DNA of 64,000 nucleotides from Zygnema circumcarinatum SAG 698-1b (Eukaryota; Plantae; Zygnematophyceae): NCBI GenBank assembly GCA_037447605.1, contig CM074804.1, positions 3,449,909 through 3,513,908 of the forward strand. The letters are read 5' to 3'. The notes beneath the pieces were generated by a model. That model was not told the DNA's origin. It was given only the letters and a program-made list of their open reading frames with translations, and made no database searches. Position numbers and translations under genes: made by a program. Below are positions 50,101 to 60,300 of the stretch, piece after piece. Each line of letters opens with the position of its first letter. Within the stretch, counting starts at the first letter, position 1.

Positions 50101-52267
50101 ACTTTCCACTGCTCTTATCAGCATCCACCTTCACTATCTTTGTGACATGCGAACTTGGCGTCCGGAGTGCACAAATATGGACACAAGGGCAGGCCTTCAG
50201 AGAGCACTCTGACCTCATCAAAAGAAATGATACGATTCATGGTGGAAAGGTTTAGGATAACCTGCAACCCATGTCCTTCCCAAGATTTTTGCACCTCAGC
50301 ATGGCACATGTCTGAGTCTCAGAAACGAAAAGGAAACTGAAAAACCAAAAAAGGCATATAGCTCAACCAAAAAAAAAAAAAAAAAACAAATAGGTTATTG
50401 GAACACTAACTTCCTAAGCAGCCGTACACGACCAGCACTCTAAACACCGTTCAATGGAAGCACAACGATAGGAGCGGATGGTGGCAGGGAGAGGTTCGTC
50501 GCAGCTAGACCTCGTCAAACACAGGTACGCTGCCTCCTACAAGGCCAGTATTCCCGCCCTGAGGCACCACAGCCAAATTCCTCTCTGTGCAATACCTCAG
50601 AACATTGGACACCTGTGGAAGCATTGAGGAGGCGCAGATGATCAGTGACAGGTTAGACTGAATACTCCACTTACATCAACTAGCTTGATACTTGCTCACA
50701 GCCTAGTCCAGATTTTTAAGAGCCAGAACTACTGCTTACAAAAACACTGCCCTTCGGTCCACTACAAAAAAAAAAAGAGGAGATCAACTTGAATATTAAC
50801 AGCGAACTACACTTTTGTGATTGCCTTGTCACTTCAAACGATGTACAATTAATGGCTTTGCTTTAACAAACTGGATTTGCCTGTACCAACTCACACTCCC
50901 CTAGAAACGTGTACATATTGATTTTTTGCTTTTAATGGCACTAATAGAACGATTAAAGCCAAAAACCAAAACAGGAGAATTAAATAACGAGAAATAGTCC
51001 TTGGACTACATATCAATATTGTAGATTTTCAGAACTCATTGTTCATGGGGTATTGAGTCCATTATCACGGAGTCCATCATGCAGCTAAACAACATATCCT
51101 TGTACACTAAGATACGAGCTGAGTCTATTAATTCATAAATTTCCTCACTTCTAAGAAAATCAAACGGCTAAGGAATGCTACTTGCAAACAGAAAGCCTCA
51201 CTCATACTGCTTCACCTTAAGGAAAACCACGCGTAACCGCGTTCTCGACATATTCCAATCCACGACAACCCTTTTCCCCCAAGAAATTTGATAGTGTTAG
51301 TGCCTCTAGCAGACGTCTCCTCCTTTTCACCATCTGAAATTGACATCAAAGAGGTAAAACACACAGATTGCAAAAAAATCTGAAAAGAGCTAAAAAGCTT
51401 AAAACTCCATTAATTAAAACAGAAGTGGTTACATGTCATAAGTTAGGCATATAGCCTTCCTCTATCACCCCTTAAACCTAAATAATAATCCTGAGTTATC
51501 CCAACTCCCATCTCCTTTTGTTTGCTTCAGTGTAGTCAAGCCTTGTGGAGGCTAAGTGGAGGAGGTGGGAGGTAGGATAACTCAAGATTTATTATTCAAG
51601 TTTAAGGGAAGGGTTTAGGTGATAGAGGAAAGCTGTGTGCCTAACTTACCACGTGTAACCACCTCTACTTTTCTAAATGGAGTTTTAGGCTGCTTAGCGT
51701 TTTCCAAAAGTTTTTGCAATGTGCATACTTTATTTCTTTTCATGATGTCATTTAAATGGTGAAAATGAGGGGACGTCTGTAAGGGGCACTAAAACTATCA
51801 AAAGCTAGAGGGAGAGCCCTTACCTCCTGAGTGCTCTGTGGTTTTAGGAGCAGCTTGCTCGCTCCAAAATACTTCCCCATCCAATCACGGTTTGCCACTT
51901 GAAGAACATCGGGGTCTTGCACAACAGCCGACTCGCCGAGGAGTTCTCTGAATTTTGCAACATCGCTCTCGTTCACCACTCCAAAGCGCGGGTCTCGCTG
52001 AAATGCAGCGGCGCCAAAAGTGCGCAGTGCCAAAGGGAACTTCCACTGAGTGCGGTCACAAGAAAAGCTTGCAGGCCGACCAGAAGTTGAAAACTTCTGC
52101 AAAGGCAGGTAAGGCGGGTGCATTGAGGAGGGAGAGAAGCCTGAAGGAGGCAGAAACGAGCTCTCCCCTACGCCTGTCCAAGCCACCATTCTGCGCCAGT
52201 TGCGCCATGCCTGGCCGCCATGCCTGCTACAATTAAACCGCGAAGTGGCCATAGCAGGCGGCAGCAT
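47137..52267 (-). CDS. D2HGDH: D-2-hydroxyglutarate dehydrogenase, mitochondrial (FAD-linked oxidase)
   Basis: Presequence-like N-terminus; [24 protein letters not shown] / [21 protein letters not shown] / [14 protein letters not shown] / [34 protein letters not shown] / [16 protein letters not shown] / YKYDLSVP / [13 protein letters not shown] / [10 protein letters not shown] / [14 protein letters not shown]. Confidence 0.96.
51389..51698. mobile_element. MITE-like fold-back (~310 bp, long imperfect TIRs) in D2HGDH intron 1
   Basis: Left aaaactccatt..agaagtggttacatgt..taagttaggcata..ttcctctatcacc..taataatcctgagttatcc pairs with right ggataactcaagatttattatt..ggtgatagaggaa..tgtgcctaactta..acgtgtaaccacct..aatggagtttt. 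Confidence 0.75.
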
Positions 52268-52443
52268 ATCCCTTTCCCTCGGCTCCTTCCCTTTTCACCC
52301 GCCTGCCCGCCTCCACATTCAAGCAGCCCGCCCGCCCGGGGGAGTCGGGGCAGCAGCCGGTGGTTGCCACGTGGCCCACCCGGCGTCGGCGCGCGACTTT
52401 GGACTTCTGGCGCGGACGCGTGGGATGGGGAGATGCCTGAGGG

Positions 52444-52780
52444 AGTACAACCATTGGCAAGCAATGGTTGGTTGGCCAGTGGTTGCCGGATCGCGGAGGC
52501 GCGAATCGCCGGTTTGAATGACCCGAGCAGAGGAGAGCAGAGGAGAGCAGAGCAGAGGGACCAGCCATTCGAAAAGCTGCCAACCGTTGCCAACAGTACA
52601 ACCATTGGCAGGCAATGGTTGGTTGGCCAGTGGTTGCCGGGTCGCGGAGGCGCGAATCGCCGGTTTGAATGACCCGAGCAGAGGAGAGCAGAGCAGGGAC
52701 CAGCCATTCGAATGGCTGCCAACCGTTGCCAACGGTACAACCATTGGCAGGCAATGGTTGGTTGGCCAGTGGTTGCCGGC
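52444..52780 (-). repeat. Tandem array of 139/151-bp units (left arm, ~2.3 units)
   Basis: gtacaaccattggca recurs at 52445, 52596 and 52735. Confidence 0.92.
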
Positions 52781-52883
52781 CCACTGTGCGCGTGCGTGCG
52801 CCGCGAGCTGGCCCCGCTGACGGGAAGTGAAGGCAATTGGCTCAATTAAACGCGGTATGTAATTTAATATGCACTCTCCACTC

Positions 52884-53004
52884 GTGGTGCGATCATACCT
52901 AGGCTACTACGCCGGATCCCATCAGAACTCTATATCTAAGCGCCTGTGGGTCGGAAAAGTACTGAGATGGGTGACCTCCCGGGACGTCCCGATGTCGCAC
53001 CCAC
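52884..53004 (+). rRNA. 5S: 5S rRNA gene copy, left, more degenerate (possible pseudogene)
   Basis: GTGGTGCGATCATACC..GGATCCCATCAGAACTC..TAAGCG..GTACTGAGATGGGTGACCTCCCGGGA..GCACCCAC, followed by TTTT at 53009-53012 and preceded by an AT-rich TATA-like tract. Substitutions fall near box A, the IE and box C. Confidence 0.85.
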
Positions 53005-53624
53005 GAGCTTTTGTTTCGATTTTGTACGCAATTGGGGGGTTCACGCTTATCCAGTATACGAAAAGTCACTTTTTTCGTGTACTTAAGTCTGAAACCCAAT
53101 GGTGCGACCCAGTCACCCAATCTGGTGATGTCTTTTCACAAGATTTTCGAAACATGAACCATTATCTCCGACTATCATCGACCATAATGGGTCAAAGCAC
53201 GGGTACTTGACATATGGTAATATGGTACTATGCGGCTAACCATGTAAACTGAAAATGTGGCATTCATCTCACGATGGCGATGCCATATTGGCCGATGCAT
53301 GTGGCTGGCATCGCCATCGTGAGATGAATGCCACATTTTCAGTTTACATGGTTAGCCGCATAGTACCATATTACCATATGTCAAGTACCATATTTCCATA
53401 TGTCAAGTACCAAAAAAAAAAAAAAACCCAAGCGTGACCGATTATGGCCGATGATAGTCGGAGATAATGGTTCATGTTTCGAAAATCTTGTGAAATGACA
53501 TCACCAGATTGGGTGACTGGGTCGCACCATTGGGTTTCAGACTTAAGTACACGAAAAAAGTGACTTTTCGTATACTGGATAAGCGTGAACCCCCCAATTG
53601 CGTACAAAATCGAAATAAAAGCTC

Positions 53625-53745
53625 GTGGGTGCAACATCGGGACTTCCCGGGAGGTCACCCATCCCAGTAGTATTCCGACCCACAGGCGCTTAGCTGCAGA
53701 GTTCTGATGGGATCTGGCGTAGTAGCCTAGGTATGATCGCACCAC
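53625..53745 (-). rRNA. 5S: 5S rRNA gene copy, right, close to canonical streptophyte 5S
   Basis: Reverse complement reads GTGGTGCGATCATACCTAGGCTACTACGCCAGATCCCATCAGAACTCTGCAGCTAAGCGCCTGTGGGTCGGAATACTACTGGGATGGGTGACCTCCCGGGAAGTCCCGATGTTGCACCCAC then GAGCTTTT. Helices pair (TAGGC/GCCTG, GTCGG/CCGAT). Confidence 0.9.
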
Positions 53746-53828
53746 GAGCGGAGAGTGCATATTAAATTACATAGCGCGTTTAATTGAGCCAATTGCCTTC
53801 ACTTCCCGTCAGCGGGGCCAGCTCGCGG

Positions 53829-54275
53829 CGCACGCACGCGCACAGTGGCCCGGCAACCACTGGCCAACCAACCATTGCCTGCCAATGGTTGTACTGTTGG
53901 CAACGGTTGGCAGCCATTCGAATGGCTGGTCCCTGCTCTGCTCTCCTCTGCTCGGGTCATTCAAACCGGCGATTCGCGCCTCCGCGACCCGGCAACCACA
54001 GGCCAACCAACCATTGCCTGCCAATGGTTGTACTGTTGGCAACGGTTGGCAGCTTTTCGAATGGCTGGTCCCTCTGCTCTGCTCTCCTCTGCTCTCCTCT
54101 GCTCGGGTCATTCAAACCGGCGATTCGCGCCTCCGCGATCCGGCAACCACTGGCCAACCAACCATTGCCTGCCAATGGTTGTACTGTTGGCAACGGTTGG
54201 CAGCTATTCGAATGGCTGGTCCCTCTGCTCTGCTCTCCTCTGCTCGGGTCCTTCAAACCGGCGATTCGCGCCTCC
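53829..54275 (+). repeat. Tandem array of 139/151-bp units (right arm, 3 units)
   Basis: gtac anchor at 53891, 54030 and 54181. Unit: ccggcaaccactggccaaccaaccattgcctgccaatggttgtactgttggcaacggttggcagc..ttcgaatggctggtccc(tctgc)n..gggtcattcaaaccggcgattcgcgcctcc. Confidence 0.95.
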
Positions 54276-54379
54276 CCGCGACCGCGAGGCGAGGCGAGGC
54301 GCAGGGCGCTCCTCTCCTCTCCTCTCGCGCTCTCGGGACTGAGGGAGCGCGAGCGAGGCTGCTCTGCGGGGGGGGCGGC

Positions 54380-57300
54380 ATGAGGAAAGGGGGGAGCGCT
54401 TCAGGGGAGCCGGCCGTGCCAGAGAGGCAGAGGATCTGGCGGTTCTCCAGCGATGGAGGGGAGAACACCGGAGAGAACAGCAGGAGACGAGGAAGGGAAG
54501 ACTCGGAGGAACATGGCACAGCAAAGAGGTTACGAAGCATGAGTAGGTAGGCGAATTCCTGCATTTTTGCTGCAGCATCACGCTGCCAGATGGCATTCTC
54601 TACCGCCTCTAATACGTAGCCAACCGATGATTGCTGTTCGACCTTCATTCAACTTTAAAGGATTCGACGTTGAGTTCTAGGGCATGAGATAGCCCGTTTA
54701 TTCTTGTAGCAAGTTTGAATTGTTTTTAGGAGGCGCTTCTGATTGTTTTTGGATTCTACAACATGAATAATGCTTTAAAGCTTGTGCCGTGGGCGAACTC
54801 AATCCCAAAATTGGTGTGCGTGCAGGGGTGAGGATGATTACCTGCCAGGCAATATCCTTTCCATCGAATTGAGGAACTTCATGACTTATGACTATATTCA
54901 GGCGGTTCCAGGGCCTCGGCTCAACCTGGTCATAGGGCCTAATGGAACGGGCAAGAGTTCATTGGTCTGCGCTATCTGCATTGGCCTCGCTGGGGAGCCA
55001 AAAGTGAGTCAAGGCGGTGAGAGGGGTGGAGGAGGGAAGTAGAAAAAATGAGAGCAGTCAGCCGTGGCTCTGCCATTGCAATCCAAAATCACAATTGACA
55101 GGCCAGTTAATTCATTTAATGCAGTGGAGGAAGAGCCGTTCTACTTTGTGCCAAGTATGACACCATTGGTGGTCATAAGGTGGCTCGTTGTCAAGCATTG
55201 GCTTTTGACGTTTGACTGCGACGTATTGCAACCATTATCACGGTTAGTATTGCGACTCATTATATGTGGTATTTTTCAGCTGTTAGGAAGGGCCACGAAT
55301 ATCGGTGACTACGTCCAAAGAGGCCACGAAAAAGGAAGGATAAAGATTACCTTGCGTGGACAGTCCCAACATGAGCACATTGAGATAATCAGAGAGATAA
55401 CGACAAACAACAAAACCGAATGGATCGTGGATGGTGAGTTACAGTCCAAACTCAAAAAATATAAATTCATTATCGCCTTTTTATAATTGAAACCTCATTT
55501 TCTTATTATCATTTGGCGCAGGGAAGCCGTCTAGGAAGGAGGATGTGAAACAGCTCATTCACACCTTTAATATTCAGGTCGGGAATTTGACACAGGTGAG
55601 TATTCAGTCTTAGTCGCCTCTCCTGCCCCCGCCCCCCCCCCCCCCTTCTTTTTTTTCTCATTTAACGATTGTTTTCCTTGTTCGTTTATTATCAATGCAA
55701 CGTAGTCAGCTCAAAGAACATCTCAATTTACTTCTGCCTACTGCGTTTGGTGCTTTAGCTTACTTTGCTCTTTCTGCCATGTTGCGTTCAGTTCCTTCCC
55801 CAAGATAAAGTGTGCGAGTTTGCAAAATTATCTTCGACAGAACTACTGGTGGAAACTGAGAAAGCAGTGGGAGACCCTGAGCTTCATCAGCAGCATATGT
55901 CCCTCATAGAGAAGCAGGACAGTCTATCAATACTTGAGACGGTAGGTATATGAATGCCAAAGTCAACAACTTGCAATTTTCCTGTCAGTCAGCATTTACG
56001 AAATCATCATCATTTCTTCAGCCTTGAAAACTTGTGAAGTTTGTGTTGGGCATTTACGATATTCCATGATTTTTTGGTTTAAGTCCAAGGAATATATTAT
56101 CCTAACAATGGTCACTTACCTTAATTCGTGGTATAAAAAATTTTGGAGTCCGTTTCTTATAATCAACATGTTGTCTGCCTGCTGGTGGCAGACAGTCAAA
56201 CAACACGAAGAAACCCTGCATCATCTCAAGACAGAGAATTCCAATCTGGAGAAGGATGTTGAGCGCATGCAAAAGCGTGGTGAATTGCTGAAAAAGGTCA
56301 GCGAAATTTCCGTTTGGGTTTGTTTTGCTACAGTGTTGTGTTGTTGTCCAGACAACTCAATTCTAGATTTCATTTGTCGAGTCATACAGGATGAATTTGG
56401 TACCCTCACACCTTCACAGCGCTACATCTGTTCAAGCAAATGCTTGTCACGTTTTGTATTTTCAGGCCAAGATAATGAAGATGAAAGAGCCTTGGTTGAA
56501 GTATGAAAAGGTGAAGGTGGAGTATTTAGAAATCCAGGAGCAAGCAAAGGAGGCAAAGAATGAGATAAGCGAAGCACACGCGCAATTTTTAGCGTCACAA
56601 GCTCCATTTTTGTAAGTATTTGTTTCAACTCTTCATTTGACAACGTGAGTGATGGAAGGTTTGAACCATGTGAGTACCTGGCCTTGTGTTTCTTCTATTT
56701 CCGCTTTTCATTCCATACGTTGCTACTTATTTATGTCCTAATCTTGATGAACTCAATAAGGGGGCTTTGGTTGCTGTCACTCTCTAATTTATAATGTCTT
56801 TGCCATGCTCTTGCACCACCATCAATCAATTGTTGACTCAATCTTAATATTGGACTCTGATTTGTGCTATTTTTTTCTGAGCTTTTTTTTTTTGAATGGA
56901 TGGTGAGGCTAAGGAAAGAGGAACTGGTCCATTATTCTTGAAAAGGTTTTGAAGCAACTGGTCCATTATTCTCCAAAACCTTTAAAAGCAACTTAAAGCA
57001 ACTTAAACTTTCAAAGCAACTCAACATCAACAACATCCTCCAACTTAACATTTACGCCTGTAAGGTTTTGCTGCATATGCACTGCTGCAGGAAGGCGAAA
57101 GACAAGTTGTTTGCTGCCATTGCTGAAGTCAGCAAAATCAACGCAGAGCTTACATCACAAAAGGAATATCGTACCAAGCTGACAGCTGAAGAAGATGAGC
57201 TGGTTAGCATAACAGTTAACCTCTATTAAGTTCCATTGCTGAGGTGGACTGGGAGGGAGGAGGCTACCTGCGTGGTCATTAGTGCAAATGTGGATCAGTA

Positions 57301-60300
57301 ACTTCAACAGGTTTTTCTTTACGTGTGGTCACAGGCTAGCAGGGTTCAAACAGTAGAATCGGAGATCGAATCGCTCGATCGTCAAGCTGGAGAGCACCAA
57401 TCAAAAATCAGGCGTGCAAAACAACAGTATGAGGCAGTATTGGAGGAGTTGAACAACTACGTTGTGCCTGAGGCTCCGATTGCATCGCAAGTATGGCTTG
57501 TGTTTCAAAGCCTTCAACTAGATGGACGCTCTTTCCTGTTCTTTTGAAGCGAATCATTTACCTTTCCCCAAATGTTTGAACTCATGTTACCATAGTTGTT
57601 GTGCAGTATGCTTTGGAGATATGAAATTTCCAGACGACAGGCATCATGTATTCTAGCCTATTGTTTGAAGAAGAATTTATTGAGTCCAAGCTGCACCTTA
57701 ATTGACATTCTTTATGTGGTTTTTGAGAACATGGCAGGAGAGCATGGACCAAGAACTAAACAACCTGAGAGATGCTGCCGATGATATGGAAAACAAGAAA
57801 AGGAGCCTTCGCCATGCTATTGGCACTAAGGCGGAGGAACTCAAACGCTGCAGAGACAGGTGTGCATTTTTCTGGTTTGGTTGTTTAGAAAATTTGCCTT
57901 CCCTTCGTTTTTTTGTATGGACCAGTGAAGGACGGTGAGGGGATTAGATGAGAAATGATTGAGAAATGCCACGCCCACCATTCGAAGAATTAAGCGCCTT
58001 GGGAAAATTGCCCATACTTTGCTCGATCAAACTTGCAACTTGCGAGGAGATTGGTTAACCTTAGTGTGTGGTTACGTCCGATTTGTACTGGATGTTTATT
58101 TGTGATTATGAATTAAGTTCTATTTCTAGAGTTGAAACTAGTAAACTAGTACTTTAGATTGCCATCCATCCTGAGCATCAGTCGTCAAAAAGGGAATTTC
58201 TGTGTCAGATGTGCACGACCTCGTGTAGCGTTTATTCAGAGTTGTCCAACTGTGTATCTACAGCTACCTAGATTTGTTCGACCGATCTATTCTTTGTTAC
58301 CTGAGAGGATTTACTAAAGGAAGACGTAGGAGCAGCACACAACTTACAGTATTGTGTTCAGGGAGTCAGGCTGATATTGTGAGGACAAATCATTTCTTAA
58401 ATGAGCTGTAGAATGTACTCTAGTAGGCTGCCTTTGGTGAAGTTTCCATAAATTGACTCTGCTGAAATGGCGTTGATGGATGCTCGTGATTTTGCAGGTT
58501 GAATGAAGCTGAAAGCTTGAAGAGCAGAGTGCTACAGGCACTAGTAAACGAGGGCAATGACACAAAACTTCAGGATGCCTTGAATTGGTTGAAGGAGAAC
58601 AGGGGTATGCTGAAAGAACAAGTTTTTGGGCCTGTGGCGATTGAGGTCAGTCACTTCCTCGTGGTTTCGATGGTACTGTGCTCTGTGCAGTAGCTGCCAT
58701 ATGCCCTCAGTTCCTTCCAAAGCTGTTGGATTGTAAACCGTTATCAAATCTGAAATTCTGTACCCTGAAGGTTTCCGGCTTGCTGATTGACCGATTGTGA
58801 TGATCAATCCAGTTACAATTTGCGTTAACAGATCCTTAGCCTTTCAGGGCTGTTTTGATGAAGGCCACTACAAGTAACTGTCTTGTGAGCTGTCTATTTC
58901 CTAAGGTTTGCAAGTGATTGATCTGAATCAATGACTCAACCTTATGCCTAGGTCAGTAAGGCAGGCAGGTATTTTAGCCAAGGCATTCAGCCTCTCAGTT
59001 TTGCACCACATAGAAGAGATCATTCACGTGCCACAAATCGCTGGAGGTGTCTGGGTAGGTTCACATTCCTGACTCCCAGCACGCGCAATTCCTGGAGAAT
59101 CATGTTCCGCGGTGGGCTTGGCAGGTATACTCTGATTTTCATTGTTGGAATTCCAGATGACTGAGATTCTTTTTGGTTACTCTATCGAGGAAACAGCACC
59201 TCTGACGATACACCTGAACAAGTTACGGTAGTATGAGTTACGTATGTTCATGTAATGTTGGAACTAACACGCGGTCCTACTTATACTTATGAAGAGATGG
59301 AGAGATTCACACTTCTTGGCATATTGCTGATGCACGCTTGTGTTTCTCAACCAGGCCTTTATTACCACTTGTGAGGAGGATCGTGATTTGCTTGCCAAGA
59401 ACGTCGAAGCAAATGTTGTGAACTATAAGGCTCAAGGGAAACATAACTCTCGGAGTATCACAGATGAGGTAGGTTCGAGTGTAAAGTCGGGCTACTCGGG
59501 CTTCTCTCACCTCTTCTTCTTCTCGGGCTTTCTCTTCTTTCTACTTCAAACATCATGTGTCTTGTTAAGTCAGCAAAACCTTGCTCGTTTGAATGCTCAT
59601 CTCCTGACTGAAAATGTGACATTCAGGAACGAGCTCTGGGGGTAACGCATACCCTCGATCAGGTGTTTGAGGCCCACGAGATTGTGAAGTCCATGCTATG
59701 CAGCACATCAGCACTTGAAAAATCAGTAAGAAACCCACCGCTTTCCCAGCTCAGCATATCAGTTTGTGCTGTTTGGTTGGAGTGGAGTGTTGGCCTTCTT
59801 ATGCGGCCCATCGTCCACTCGACTCATTTTCTGTGAGAGATGTCGGGCTCGGCTCGTTGCAGTTTATCGGCACAGCGGTCGCTGAAAGGAACGCGCAAGC
59901 GCTCGCGGATTTAGGGATACCGGATCTGTGGACTCCCGCGGTGCATTTTCGGTGGTCGAGATCCGATTACCACAACTACAAGATTGGGATTTCGCATGCA
60001 GTGCGGCAGTGTCGTATCTTTTCCAGAGGTGAGATTTTCCTCGTGCAGCGCCATGTGTTCGCGAGGATTTACGTTTCTTTCGTATCATCTTGTATCCGAA
60101 ATGGCAAAAGTTTTCATTTTCATGGCGTTTGCAGTCACTCTGTCGGCATCTGTGGGTTTCTACTTCTCGCCCTACCATGGATTGGCAGTCATGTTAGGAG
60201 GCGTAAAGCAACCTGGAACTGAAAAACATGCTGCTCCAATTGAGCCTCCTTGTCTTCTTTGTCCTCGTATTATTTGTCTGTTGCAGGAATTGCGGCAGAA

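Larger units (their letters stand above)
52444..54185. repeat. Large near-perfect palindrome: arms 52444-53285 and 53306-54185, 20-nt spacer
   Basis: The right arm is the reverse complement of the left over ~840 bp. The six-frame track shows mirrored ORFs on both strands. The only large asymmetry is a ~38-nt duplication plus poly(A) near 53385-53435. Confidence 0.97.

Noticed and set aside
52444-54185. Cassandra TRIM or SINE3 assignment for the 5S-bearing repeat
   Set aside because: The copies are inverted rather than direct LTRs. No PBS, PPT or TG..CA ends were seen, and the single poly(A) is internal to one arm.
53829-54275. CRISPR-like repeat array
   Set aside because: Units are near-identical over their full length with no unique spacers, the context is eukaryotic, and there are no cas genes.
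52168-54550. Many 100-225 aa ORFs on both strands across the palindrome
   Set aside because: They are GC-rich tandem-repeat translations mirrored by the inversion, overlap 5S and have no recognisable domains.
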